From positions 64,514-128,513 of the IMG/VR virus record IMGVR_UViG_3300031578_000005: 64,000 bases of DNA. One strand, written 5' to 3'. The position numbers and the translations under genes are program-made. Below the pieces are notes generated by a model. That model made no database searches. It saw only the letters and a list, made by a program, of their open reading frames with translations, and was not told the DNA's origin. Numbering within the stretch: position 1 is the first letter of the stretch; every line of letters starts with the position of its first letter. The DNA is from a virus. Below, piece after piece: positions 39,230-49,448 of the stretch.

Positions 39230-39481
39230 ATGAAAAGAATTCTATTGAATATATTAATCGTGGTTACGACAATACTAAATACAGTCGTACTTATTGTTGT
39301 AATAAACTTATTAAGTTGTGATAACATCTTTGAAAGTATGGTCTTTATTTCAAAATATAACTTATTTCAATACCTATGGGTTATTAGCTTATCAATAGCT
39401 ATTACAAGCATATTACTACTGTATTTATTGGCAGTTATTAATAATCGTCATCACCTGAAAAATACTGATCAAATACTGTAA
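39230..39481 (+). CDS. Small membrane protein
   Basis: Two TM segments; stop in next promoter. Confidence 0.55.
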   Translation: MKRILLNILIVVTTILNTVVLIVVINLLSCDNIFESMVFISKYNLFQYLWVISLSIAITSILLLYLLAVINNRHHLKNTDQIL

Positions 39482-39543
39482 CCTTTTCAGGTCAATGTCC
39501 GTATAGTAATTATAAGCAATGTACTAATTTAAAATTTAATGTC

Positions 39544-39945
39544 ATGCCAAATGTATTAACAACAAAAGAATATCAAGATATTGAAAATAAGTTTTCAGAT
39601 AAAATGTTCTTGACATTAACCAAAGTAAAACAATATGAACTTAAACCTTATGGCAAGTTCGTATTAAAATGGAAAATAAGAGGTCATGAAACGCCCAATC
39701 AAATTGCAATATCTGAGGTGGATTTGGATCATGGTGAAGCAATGCCAATGACAGAATCCCAAGAAAAGGCGGTTGTTAAAATGATGAAACAATTCAAAAC
39801 CGATATTTTAACTGATGGTAATAAATTTTTTACTCGAACCAATTCGGGTTTGACACCTATTTGGCATAAAAAACTATCAATGTACAAGAGTGACGAAGCA
39901 TTTAAAACTGTTGTCGATGACGGTCATTCATTTGGAAAGAAATAA
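39544..39945 (+). CDS. Hypothetical protein
   Basis: ORF with promoter and terminator. Confidence 0.6.
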   Translation: MPNVLTTKEYQDIENKFSDKMFLTLTKVKQYELKPYGKFVLKWKIRGHETPNQIAISEVDLDHGEAMPMTESQEKAVVKMMKQFKTDILTDGNKFFTRTNSGLTPIWHKKLSMYKSDEAFKTVVDDGHSFGKK

Positions 39946-40100
39946 AAATATTTATGTTTGCTTGCTTGGTTTTATTGGTTTACCCCGTGCTGATTACACG
40001 GGTTTTTTTATTTGATTAAATTAAATGCATTAATAATTAACAATGCTTGTAAATTCAAAAAATTTTAATTAATATTGTCTAACTAAAAAAATTCGTAATT

Positions 40101-40301
40101 ATGAGTAGCGATGAAGCAATTCAATTAATGGTAAGTGGTAAAAGAGTTAAACACAATTATTTTGCAGATAATGAATATATTTACATGATCGATAATAACT
40201 TATTTGATGAAGTGGGTTTGAATTTAGGCAATGTACATGAGTTCTTTGCAGTAAGACCATTAATGAAAGATTGCTGGAGTGAATGTACATATAGTAATTA
40301 A
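40101..40301 (+). CDS. Hypothetical protein
   Basis: EAIQLM..GKRVKH. Confidence 0.55.
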   Translation: MSSDEAIQLMVSGKRVKHNYFADNEYIYMIDNNLFDEVGLNLGNVHEFFAVRPLMKDCWSECTYSN

Positions 40302-40349
40302 AAACACTTTTGTAACAATAACAGGATTTTAACGTATAATAAAATAAAA

Positions 40350-40646
40350 ATGAAAAAGTTAATCAGTCAAGATAAAATTGATACTGCGGCAGATCAATAC
40401 GCTAGTGCACTTTATAATAGTTTTGACGATATCCGTGGATATAGTGTTGCTGAAACTGGTTTTCAAAATGGCTGTGAATTTGTTGAAAAAGAATTTGAAC
40501 AATTTGCAGTTGATTTTGCTGATTTTCTTAAAGATATTGTTATTGACGTAAATCCATTTGGTGACAATAAATGGGTATGTATTGATGGCACGGATAAAAG
40601 TTCTAAAGAACTATTTGATGAATTTATTAATAGCGATTCTTTGTAA
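40350..40646 (+). CDS. Hypothetical protein
   Basis: Stop in next promoter. Confidence 0.6.
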   Translation: MKKLISQDKIDTAADQYASALYNSFDDIRGYSVAETGFQNGCEFVEKEFEQFAVDFADFLKDIVIDVNPFGDNKWVCIDGTDKSSKELFDEFINSDSL

Positions 40647-40812
40647 CATTTCCTGATATCATACGTATTATTAACTGTAAGCAAGCTAAGCTTGCAAAAA
40701 CAAATGCTCTTTAAATCTTAAACTATGTTAAACATGAATAGACCAATAAGAGGTTCCCCATAAAAGATGGATATAGATAAATATGATATAATAAGATAGA
40801 TAGACGGTAATT

Positions 40813-40980
40813 AAAAATTCGTTCGGTATCTGCCCTCGGCTTTGGGAAACTGGCCAGTCCCTGCCAATATATGAATGCTTTCGGCCCTCGGAAATATTTT
40901 AATTGTCCTCAACCCACCAAGGTGATCGGACACAACCGAAAGCGCAAATAATACCATCGGGCACTCTCGAACGAAATTTT
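40813..40980 (+). ncRNA. Candidate structured ncRNA
   Basis: Nested pairings ttcgttcg/cgaacgaa, tgccc/gggca and gctttcgg/ccgaaagc; ECF promoter at 40642 and boxA-like tgctctttaa at 40705. Confidence 0.55.
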
Positions 40981-41083
40981 ATCCCTCACAGACGAATTTA
41001 AAAAATCTGTGAGGGTTTTTTATTTTGTAACATTTCCTGATAAATTTCGTATAATAACTATAAACCAATTAAATTATAAGACA

Positions 41084-41266
41084 ATGAAAAGTATAATTGT
41101 AAAGAACATAACAGTTCAATTCGATTCTGATGATGAAGGAGCTGATAAACATACAGCATTAAATATGCTTGATGAAATGAATAGTGTCTTACAGGAAAAA
41201 TTTCCAGATGCACAACCACAAATTTTTGTTAGTACAATTGTAGATGACGATATTGAAATTGCCTAA
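41084..41266 (+). CDS. Small acidic protein
   Basis: ORF with own promoter. Confidence 0.55.
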   Translation: MKSIIVKNITVQFDSDDEGADKHTALNMLDEMNSVLQEKFPDAQPQIFVSTIVDDDIEIA

Positions 41267-41613
41267 ACTAATTTTAATTAATTCCCCTGTAACAATTGCG
41301 GGGATTTTACGTATAATAACCATAACGATATATGTGATGATTAATTCTCACATGGTGTTATGCAAGTGGGCTAATGAAAAATCAGTTCTGCCCCGAAACA
41401 AAAAACTCCAAGTGGTTAGGCCACCAGAGGTTATATGATGCTTTAGGGTTTTAAGTGAAAAATATAACCAGTTGAGAATTATGCATAACGGAATGAAGCG
41501 ATGGGTGTTTAATTTAAACACCCATTTTTTATATAATAAAATTACATTATTATTTTTGTAACATCAACAGTTAAAATTCGTATAATAACTATAAACCAAT
41601 TAAAATCTGAATT

Positions 41614-41844
41614 ATGTTCGAAGCATTAAGTGATTCAATAGTAAAAGAAACTCCAAGTAAATTTCAGCAATTCTTTGGAGCAAAAGATAAAATCTATGTT
41701 ACCAAATTTCAAAGGCATTGGATCGACAATAGCTTGGTTTGGTACAATAAGAAAACTGGTAAACATATCAGTCCAGTATCAAAAACACATGAAAAAATCA
41801 ATGCCGCTGTTATTATCAGAGAAATTGCTGAAAATAAATCATAA
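41614..41844 (+). CDS. Hypothetical protein
   Basis: ORF with own promoter. Confidence 0.55.
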   Translation: MFEALSDSIVKETPSKFQQFFGAKDKIYVTKFQRHWIDNSLVWYNKKTGKHISPVSKTHEKINAAVIIREIAENKS

Positions 41845-41924
41845 TATCAACAGTTAAAAATCCCCTGTAACAACTATGGGGATTTTTACGTATAACTATC
41901 ATAAACCAATTAATACTATTTATC

Positions 41925-42143
41925 ATGACAGTTAAAGCCAGCATTGTAGTAATGAGCCATTTATCTGATGCTCAAATTGAAGTGAGTTTTGATAAGAATC
42001 AAGCCAGACAACGAATGAATTTTGTTAAATACATTATCTTACAAACAGGTGGAAACCTCACACAAGAAATTAATCCCGATGAACTTTGGGAAAGGTTTAA
42101 TCTGAAAGATGAAGTCAATCTAAGTAAGCTAAAAACCTCATAA
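41925..42143 (+). CDS. Hypothetical protein
   Basis: ORF with own promoter. Confidence 0.55.
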   Translation: MTVKASIVVMSHLSDAQIEVSFDKNQARQRMNFVKYIILQTGGNLTQEINPDELWERFNLKDEVNLSKLKTS

Positions 42144-42228
42144 CAATTACAGGGAGTTTTTGTAACATTTTTATTTAAAAAAACGTATTATTAATATAAT
42201 CTGATTATGTAATTTAAATCAATTTAAT

Positions 42229-42459
42229 ATGGCAAACTTTAAACTAGTTATTGAAATTGAACTCGATGCTGAAAATCCATTAGATGCCGCAAAAGAGTTT
42301 AAGAATTGGGTGAAAGAAGAATATGATTTTCAATCATACGTATTCTTCTTTCAAAACACTGAAACCAAAGAACTATTTTCTGTAGATTTGAGTGAAGATG
42401 ACGAAGATGCGGTTTTACCTGTTGATCTTTGCGATTATCAACCAGAGATTGAAAAATAA
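42229..42459 (+). CDS. Small acidic protein
   Basis: ORF with own promoter. Confidence 0.6.
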   Translation: MANFKLVIEIELDAENPLDAAKEFKNWVKEEYDFQSYVFFFQNTETKELFSVDLSEDDEDAVLPVDLCDYQPEIEK

Positions 42460-42549
42460 CTACATTAACAAATCTGGTGATAGGTTGTTATTATCACTAG
42501 ATTTGTTAATATTTTCGTAACATTTTTATTTAAAAAACGTATAATAACT

Positions 42550-42635
42550 ATATTGCAAGGCACGATGCTCCAAAGGTATCGGACAGTAGACTCCAAGGTG
42601 CCTTATACTTTGCTTATTTAGAACGATAATAAATA
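42550..42635 (+). ncRNA. Candidate small RNA, copy 2
   Basis: aaggcac..gtgcctt stem; shares tattgcaagg, tatcg, gactccaa and ttatttaga with 36200-36290. Confidence 0.5.
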
Positions 42636-42692
42636 ACTGATTTTCGTAACTTATTTTAAATAAAAACGTATTATAACTACAAACCGAAAATT

Positions 42693-42881
42693 ATGAGTAA
42701 TACATCACCATTAGAACAAGTACCATGCCGAATTAAATATTATCTATTGGATTGGAAAGATACTTATATGAAAGAGTATATTGAAAAATATGGTGATGTT
42801 AGTTTACATAATTTAACCAAGTTACAATTACAGGAATTATTTAATTACATCACAACCACAGATTTAAATACGTTTTTGTAA
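42693..42881 (+). CDS. Hypothetical protein
   Basis: Stop in next promoter. Confidence 0.55.
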   Translation: MSNTSPLEQVPCRIKYYLLDWKDTYMKEYIEKYGDVSLHNLTKLQLQELFNYITTTDLNTFL

Positions 42882-42932
42882 CATCAACAATTAAAATCAG
42901 TATAGTAATTATAAACCAATTAAATCGATATT

Positions 42933-43760
42933 ATGAAATTTGAAAGTATTGGCAATGCAGCAAAACAAGTGGGTGTAGCTTATTTAGGCGGGGTTAATGC
43001 CAGCGCAAAACTTGAAAAGAATTTAAAAGTTGGTCAATATACCTATGGGTTATATTTAGCACCGGCAATGACAAGTGGTTTTAATGTTTGTGAGGGTTCA
43101 ACCCCTGAATGCCGTTTAGGTTGTTTAGCCACAAGTGGCAGGGCAGGAATGGAATTACTTGCGGGCAAAGTTAAAACTCAAAATTCACGGATTAAAAAAA
43201 CCCGTTTGTTTTTTGAACAACCCGTATTTTTTATGCAGTGGTTAATTGCTGAATTGAGTTTTTATCAGGCCAAAGCAAAAAAGGATGGTTATGGTTTTTC
43301 AGCCCGTTTAAATTGCACAAGTGATATTGACTGGGCAAATGTAAGATTTCAGGGCAAAAACATCTTTGAAATATTTCCTGATGTAAATTTTTATGATTAC
43401 ACCAAAATACCTACGAAGTTTTTCAATAAACCCGAAAATTATCATTTAACATTTTCATATACAGGTAAGAATTGGGGTGTTTGTGAAAAACTCCTAAACA
43501 AAGGCAATAGTATTGCCGTTGTGTTTAATGTTAAAAATGAATTGGGATTGCCAGAAACATTTAACGGGTTCAAGGTTGTTAACGGCGATCTAACCGATTA
43601 CAGACCAAATGATGGCAAAGGTGTTATTATCGGGTTAAAATGGAAACGTATTGCAGATAAGATCAACGAAAAACAGATTTTAAATAGTTGTTTTGTGGTT
43701 AATCCTTTAACCTATGTTCAACCTAAAAAGGTCAATGTACATGAACTGGTTTTGGCTTAA
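42933..43760 (+). CDS. Gp88-family (Cys-rich, radical-SAM-like) phage protein
   Basis: LYLAPA..NVC..C..GCL..SGR; RLNCTSDI; FYDYTK; NYHLTFS; GD.TD.R. Confidence 0.7.
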   Translation: MKFESIGNAAKQVGVAYLGGVNASAKLEKNLKVGQYTYGLYLAPAMTSGFNVCEGSTPECRLGCLATSGRAGMELLAGKVKTQNSRIKKTRLFFEQPVFFMQWLIAELSFYQAKAKKDGYGFSARLNCTSDIDWANVRFQGKNIFEIFPDVNFYDYTKIPTKFFNKPENYHLTFSYTGKNWGVCEKLLNKGNSIAVVFNVKNELGLPETFNGFKVVNGDLTDYRPNDGKGVIIGLKWKRIADKINEKQILNSCFVVNPLTYVQPKKVNVHELVLA

Positions 43761-43864
43761 TGTCATTAAACCCCCCTGCTAGTATTAACAGGGGGTTTAA
43801 TCATTATATTAACTAATAACAATTTTTAATTAAAACCAATTAAATATTATTTAAACTTATTATT

Positions 43865-44083
43865 ATGACAATCTATGGATTATATATTGTAAAAAATGGT
43901 ACTGGTATAGATATTGTTAAAGACAATATCCGTGAATGCAAGGAATCTATTAAAGATTATCAACGTGATATTCACTATGCCGAAAAATTAATTGCTAAGA
44001 CAATGACAAAGATTAGAGAATGTGAAGCTAAGATTAAAGAATATCAGCAATTAACTATTGTCAATGGTAAAGTTAAGAAGTAA
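43865..44083 (+). CDS. Small coiled-coil protein
   Basis: ORF. Confidence 0.5.
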   Translation: MTIYGLYIVKNGTGIDIVKDNIRECKESIKDYQRDIHYAEKLIAKTMTKIRECEAKIKEYQQLTIVNGKVKK

Positions 44084-44150
44084 GTGTAACATCTACAAAG
44101 AATTTACGTATGAGAATGTACTGGAATTATAAACCATAAAATTTAAAGCT

Positions 44151-44450
44151 ATGTATAAAGTCAATGCACAAGAATTTATTAAGGCCAATACCATTACTGA
44201 TAAGGATAATATTCGCAAGGCATTATGTATGCCAAAGTCATTCCCTGAGAAGTTATTAACTCCTTTGGTACCTGATGGTATTGCCAAGTTCAAGGGTGAT
44301 AAGTTACCCCGGCCTTGGTCAGTTAATCAACATTTTAATGTTGGTGAAAACTATCCACTTTATTTTAGAGAAACTGAATTTGTTGTAAGTCCTGTTAATG
44401 GTCAGGGAATGAAATTAACTGAGGGTGTATGGTCAGTTAAGACCTTTTAA
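44151..44450 (+). CDS. Hypothetical protein
   Basis: ORF with own promoter. Confidence 0.55.
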   Translation: MYKVNAQEFIKANTITDKDNIRKALCMPKSFPEKLLTPLVPDGIAKFKGDKLPRPWSVNQHFNVGENYPLYFRETEFVVSPVNGQGMKLTEGVWSVKTF

Positions 44451-44477
44451 TGTACGAATTTTAAATAAAAACATATC

Positions 44478-44672
44478 ATGGGAAAAATTATTAAATGGAT
44501 TATCATCATTGTTCTTGCTGTCATATTGTACAAAGCATATAATGCCAGTCAAAAAAACGGCAGGAGTATTATCAACAATGCCGGAAAAGAAAGCAAGGCT
44601 TTGTTTGAACAATCCCAACAAAAGGCCAAGGCCATTACCGATGAATTTAAATCCGGTATGGATGAAGAATAA
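44478..44672 (+). CDS. Small single-TM protein
   Basis: N-terminal hydrophobic helix. Confidence 0.55.
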   Translation: MGKIIKWIIIIVLAVILYKAYNASQKNGRSIINNAGKESKALFEQSQQKAKAITDEFKSGMDEE

Positions 44673-44763
44673 CAACGTAGATTCCCCGATGTTATTGTAA
44701 CATCTACGGGGAATTTTACGTATGAGAATGTACATAAATAAATTTTAACTAAAAATTCATCAA

Positions 44764-45081
44764 ATGAACAATTCAGAATTAAATAATCTATCAATTTCAG
44801 AGTTAAAAGACCTAAGAAATAAAGTGACTGAAATGTTATCACTTAAAATGCAAATTGCCGGTAGAATAAATGCTGATTTTTTAAGTAAAGGAATGACCGT
44901 AAAATATGTCGGTGGAACTAATAAAATTAAGAACGAAAGATTTAAAATTCTTAAAATAAATAAAGTTAATGCTCAATGTAAAAGTTTTTCAACTGGAATT
45001 ACTTGGAACATTAAGTTAGCTAATATTGAACCATGTGAGGCATCTAATTCTGATTTATCAAGTCAAATTATTAAAAACTAA
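44764..45081 (+). CDS. Hypothetical protein
   Basis: ORF with own promoter. Confidence 0.6.
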   Translation: MNNSELNNLSISELKDLRNKVTEMLSLKMQIAGRINADFLSKGMTVKYVGGTNKIKNERFKILKINKVNAQCKSFSTGITWNIKLANIEPCEASNSDLSSQIIKN

Positions 45082-45092
45082 ATTATAATACT

Positions 45093-45254
45093 ATGGAAAA
45101 TGTTAAAAACACCGATGTTATTATCGTAGCTACCAAATATATTAAAGGTGGCAAAGAAGTTGTTAAGTATGATACATCAAATGGTAGATGTTGGGTTGAA
45201 GTTATTAAAGGCGATCTAATCACCATCAAAAAAACATTTGAGATCATCAAGTAA
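45093..45254 (+). CDS. Small hypothetical protein (not in ORF track)
   Basis: MENVKNTDVIIVATKY..FEIIK*; stop in next promoter. Confidence 0.45.
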   Translation: MENVKNTDVIIVATKYIKGGKEVVKYDTSNGRCWVEVIKGDLITIKKTFEIIK

Positions 45255-45311
45255 CATCTACAAAGATTTTACGTATGAGAATGTACATAAACTAATTTAA
45301 ATTATACAGCA

Positions 45312-45755
45312 ATGGGAAATGTTAAAAATTTTAAAAGACAACAAATCAATAAGATCGCAGGTCTATACCTTGCCGAACAAGAAGAGGGTGATTATTACGA
45401 TGCGTACTTAAAACTTATTGAAGCACGTGAAAACGGCAATGGCGATAACCCCGCAGCAAATTTTGTTGATGTATGGGAACCAATTATCTCAATTGGCGTT
45501 GATGAAATGATTGACTTGATTGAACCCGATGAAAATGATGCAATGTACGATGCACCTGAGTTCATTAATAACATGGATTGGTCAATGTTAAAGGAACAGA
45601 AAAAAACATTACTTGAGTTAATTTCATGGAATAAGATACCATTGATGAATGATAATCTAAATGGCATTGTACATCTTATTGATGCTATTCAGGATTATGC
45701 ATGTGATGAATTGGGAATGTCCGTTGATGATGTGTTTGAAATTCCAGAAGAATAA
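45312..45755 (+). CDS. Acidic hypothetical protein
   Basis: ORF with own promoter. Confidence 0.6.
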   Translation: MGNVKNFKRQQINKIAGLYLAEQEEGDYYDAYLKLIEARENGNGDNPAANFVDVWEPIISIGVDEMIDLIEPDENDAMYDAPEFINNMDWSMLKEQKKTLLELISWNKIPLMNDNLNGIVHLIDAIQDYACDELGMSVDDVFEIPEE

Positions 45756-45768
45756 TTATAAAGATATT

Positions 45769-46086
45769 ATGGAAGCAAACAACGCAATTCTTTTTTCAAA
45801 TGTTGATAAAGAAGATTACTGGGTAAGCTCTGGAATTGTTTTCAAAACAGATGCTATCAATCACTATGAAGATGCTTATAATAAATTAAAAGATAAGATC
45901 GAATCAGATGAAGTAATTAATCATGTAGTTGATAAAATGTGTTTAGATGCCGATTTATTTGATTATGACATAACATTTAAGTTTGTACGAACATATTGGA
46001 AATACGGATTATTCTTTGTGTTTGAAAATAGTGAAGGGATAATAAAAGAACATAAAATGCTTGCAGATTTTGTAAGAATATTTTAA
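45769..46086 (+). CDS. Hypothetical protein
   Basis: ORF. Confidence 0.55.
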   Translation: MEANNAILFSNVDKEDYWVSSGIVFKTDAINHYEDAYNKLKDKIESDEVINHVVDKMCLDADLFDYDITFKFVRTYWKYGLFFVFENSEGIIKEHKMLADFVRIF

Positions 46087-46172
46087 AGATATTGTACGGC
46101 AATGTACGATTGGCGGCAGATTAATAATTAATCCCTAAGTATTTATCTGAAAATGCTTGGGGATTTTTAATT

Positions 46173-46535
46173 ATGGAACTAACTAAGGCAATACTTGATG
46201 AATTCAATTCTTATTTAAAAACAATTAAATATAAAAACAAAATCAGCATATTAAAATTAGAATTTCTCACAGATGAAATTGGCGATTATATTTACTTGCT
46301 CTGTATTAAAATAAAACCCAGCCAACAACAAAAAGGCTATGGTGATGCTGTACTTGATGATATCATACAAATTGCTGATAAGTATAATGTCCGTATTAGA
46401 TTATGGGCTACCGATATTTATGGCGTTAGTCTCAAGGCATTGTACGGTTTTTATGGCAAACATGGTTTTAGCTTAATCAAAGACGAATTAGATGGACATA
46501 TGATCTATCACCCAAAAAAGATCAGAAAGCATTAA
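46173..46535 (+). CDS. GNAT-like acetyltransferase
   Basis: IKPSQQQKGYG motif A, L.GFYGKHGF; TATTTAT motif upstream. Confidence 0.6.
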   Translation: MELTKAILDEFNSYLKTIKYKNKISILKLEFLTDEIGDYIYLLCIKIKPSQQQKGYGDAVLDDIIQIADKYNVRIRLWATDIYGVSLKALYGFYGKHGFSLIKDELDGHMIYHPKKIRKH

Positions 46536-46613
46536 ATACAGATTTTAATTATTGTTTTTGTAACATCTACCGATAATATCCGTATAATAATTATTAATAT
46601 TAAATGTTTAGTT

Positions 46614-46859
46614 ATGAAAAAACTTATTTATTTACTATTTGTAATAGTATTAACGGGATGTGGTTATTCTACTCCAATATTAAATGATTCAAGAGAACCA
46701 TTTGTCGTTAGTAAAATATTACCATTTAACAAAAGTCATGTTAAATATATTGGTAATATGCAAAAATCATCACTAACCTTCACTCCAGAATCAGTAAGCA
46801 CAGCAATAATTGCTCCTGTTGGAATGTATAATATCGGAGACACGATTTCATTAAAATAA
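46614..46859 (+). CDS. Small lipoprotein
   Basis: MKKLIYLLFVIVLTG-C lipobox. Confidence 0.65.
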   Translation: MKKLIYLLFVIVLTGCGYSTPILNDSREPFVVSKILPFNKSHVKYIGNMQKSSLTFTPESVSTAIIAPVGMYNIGDTISLK

Positions 46860-46935
46860 ATTTAATAATTGCTTTTGTAACATCTACCGATAATGTCCGT
46901 ATAATACCAATATAAACCTTTAAAAATCAATTGTT

Positions 46936-47277
46936 ATGAAATTCTATCAGAACATCAATACAAACGAAATTATTGGCGTTGATAATATGCGCCAAGTAAT
47001 TTCACACCCAACAGAACAATCAATGAGAGCGGGTTTTGTTAACTATTCATATGAGGTTGTTTATGATATGATTTGCCCCAATAAAATCCTTGGTGAAGGC
47101 ATTACGTCATTTTGTATCACCAATTCTTTTTTAACTAAAAACTATAAGAGAATTAAAAGAGAAATTGCTTTAAATCGATATCCAAATTTTAATCAGTATC
47201 GACATAAACAACTATGTGATGAAGCAAGTATTAGTGGTATTGAAAAATTGGATATAATCAGAAAGCAAACATTTTAA
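46936..47277 (+). CDS. Hypothetical protein
   Basis: ORF with own promoter. Confidence 0.6.
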   Translation: MKFYQNINTNEIIGVDNMRQVISHPTEQSMRAGFVNYSYEVVYDMICPNKILGEGITSFCITNSFLTKNYKRIKREIALNRYPNFNQYRHKQLCDEASISGIEKLDIIRKQTF

Positions 47278-47291
47278 ATTAAAACAATTCA

Positions 47292-48632
47292 ATGAAAACA
47301 ATTAAAGACTTTACACCAGAAATACAATCAAAAATTCCTGAATATATTAAAAAATATACTGAGGGAATTGAAGATGGAAAACGATATAAGAATTTCAATT
47401 TAACTGATGCTGAAAATCTAATTCATTGGAATTATGAATTATGTAATTATAAAAAACCTGTTATTATTGTTGCTGAAAATCCCTTTGAATCACAAATAAT
47501 CTTTAATTATATCGTAGCAAATAAAGAACGGTTTTTGCCAATGTTGTATTTAATATATTCATTAAAAAATAACATAAAAGAAAATATTGAGAAATTTTTT
47601 GTGAAAGGTTCTCAACTAGATTCTCAACTACATTCTCAACTAGATTCTCAACTACATTCTCAACTAGGTTCTCAACTACGTTCTCAACTAGATTCTCAAC
47701 TACATTCTCAACTAGGTTCTCAACTACGTTCTCAACTACATTCTCAACTACATTCTCAACTACGTTCTCAACTACATTCTCAACTAGGTTCTCAACTACA
47801 TTCTCAACTACTTTCTCAACTAGGTTCTCAACTAGATTCTCAACTACTTTCTCAACTACGTTCTCAACTACGTTCTCAACTACTTTTTCAACTACATTCT
47901 CAATATAATAATGATTGGTTATTTACTACTAATATTTATTCCAATGTATTAATTTCGTGGTTTATGTTTATAAAAGATGAATTTAATATTGAATCAGAAA
48001 TTGGTATTAAATTAGATTCATGGAATGATTTGTATTTAAAATCAAACATTTATTCTGCAATATTTTCTGAACTAGTGTGTGTTGTAAGTAAATATCCACA
48101 AAAGATACATAGAAATACTGATGGTTTATTACATAATTTAGATGGAAATGCTGTTGAATGGAATTCAATTTCAGTTGAAACCAAATTTGATTGTTATTAT
48201 ATTAATGGTCGAAATATGCCATCATGGATTTTTGATAAATTCAAAAATAATCAATTACAAAAAGAAGATTTTTTAAATGAAGAAAATGAAGATATTAAAG
48301 CCGGGATATATGAATTGATTGAAAGTAAAGGTGAGGGCAGTATGTTGACATTTTTAAATGCTATTGAGGTAGATAGAAAAACAATACCCCATGAATATGG
48401 TGAAGAAGAATTTATATTGTACAAGACAAAAGAAAAATTCAATGAAGAAGTGGATTTAAATGGTAATTCTCCATCAGAATTGGCTTGGTTAAAAATGACA
48501 TGTCCCTCAACCGGATCAAATTATCTAATTCCTTCGGATGCAAGTTTTAATGACTGTGTTACTGCAGCAAAATATCATCGGCCAATTTTTGTACCAGAAG
48601 ATATTCCATATTATTGGAATAGTAGAAACTAA
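47292..48632 (+). CDS. DUF6745-like protein with SQLx tetrapeptide repeat tract
   Basis: ~24 x 12-bp ttctcaactaNN at 47609-47903; LHNLDG.A..W, MTCPSTG..Y motifs. Confidence 0.7.
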   Translation: MKTIKDFTPEIQSKIPEYIKKYTEGIEDGKRYKNFNLTDAENLIHWNYELCNYKKPVIIVAENPFESQIIFNYIVANKERFLPMLYLIYSLKNNIKENIEKFFVKGSQLDSQLHSQLDSQLHSQLGSQLRSQLDSQLHSQLGSQLRSQLHSQLHSQLRSQLHSQLGSQLHSQLLSQLGSQLDSQLLSQLRSQLRSQLLFQLHSQYNNDWLFTTNIYSNVLISWFMFIKDEFNIESEIGIKLDSWNDLYLKSNIYSAIFSELVCVVSKYPQKIHRNTDGLLHNLDGNAVEWNSISVETKFDCYYINGRNMPSWIFDKFKNNQLQKEDFLNEENEDIKAGIYELIESKGEGSMLTFLNAIEVDRKTIPHEYGEEEFILYKTKEKFNEEVDLNGNSPSELAWLKMTCPSTGSNYLIPSDASFNDCVTAAKYHRPIFVPEDIPYYWNSRN

Positions 48633-48706
48633 ATAAATTATTTAATTTATTTGTTTATTATAAATAATAATGTTATTATTGTATTTTAATTATTAAAAAT
48701 ATTTTT

Positions 48707-49096
48707 ATGGAAACTTTAAACTTTAACAAAGAATTCAATGGACATCAAGGTGATGTTCAAATTTATTCAATTGATGTATTACCAGTAAATGCTAAAAGAA
48801 TAAATAAAACATTTATTGCTAAATCAGAAAAGTCTGGTCATGCACATGCTATGTGTGGAGACTACGAATTATATGAATTACCTGAAAAAGATAATTTCAT
48901 TATTAAAGTCGGTACTGATGGATGTACATTAAATCATACATCAATTCAAAATTTAACATCAGAATATTGGGATAAAAACGAAGTATTAACTGTTGCTGAT
49001 CATAAACCGACCATATTAAAAACTGGTATTTATTATATTGGTATTCAAAAGAGAAAAAAACATTTCTCTAAAGTTTGGGAAAAAGTTAGGGATTAA
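48707..49096 (+). CDS. Hypothetical protein, likely partner of upstream DUF6745-like gene
   Basis: HQGDV..SE.SGHAH..LNH..DH..G.Y..V.D pattern. Confidence 0.65.
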   Translation: METLNFNKEFNGHQGDVQIYSIDVLPVNAKRINKTFIAKSEKSGHAHAMCGDYELYELPEKDNFIIKVGTDGCTLNHTSIQNLTSEYWDKNEVLTVADHKPTILKTGIYYIGIQKRKKHFSKVWEKVRD

Positions 49097-49161
49097 TAAT
49101 AACAACATAAATTTTAATTATTGCTTTTGTAACATATTCACATTGTACACGTAAAATATAT

Positions 49162-49292
49162 CAGCAGTATTCTTGAAGACAGTAATACATAAGTGCACAT
49201 AAAATTTACTGTCTTGGTTGAAGTCAGATAATAAAATTGGGGTTGCTCCTATAATAAAAATCTGATGGGGGGTCACTCCCCTCTACTGTTGC
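49162..49292 (+). ncRNA. Candidate tRNA-like structured RNA
   Basis: cagcagta/tactgttg closing stem, aagacagtaa/ttactgtctt, tcagat/atctga, terminal gggg/cccc hairpin; follows ECF promoter at 49128. Confidence 0.45.
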
Positions 49293-49374
49293 AAAATAAG
49301 ATGTTTTGTTGTTTTATCACGTGCAAAACAATTAAATGCGTTAGTATAATAGTTTGCAAGAAAAAACTAACGCT

Positions 49375-49448
49375 TGATGTGTAGCTCAGTTGGTTAGAGT
49401 ACCTGCTTAAACTGTAGGAGGTCGTGGGTTCAAGTCCCATCACATCAT
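49375..49448 (+). tRNA. tRNA with atypical anticodon loop ttAAAct (nominal Phe-AAA; undetermined)
   Basis: tgatgtg/cacatca, gctcagttggttagagt D-arm, cctgc/gtagg, gtggg-ttcaagt-cccat. Confidence 0.65.
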
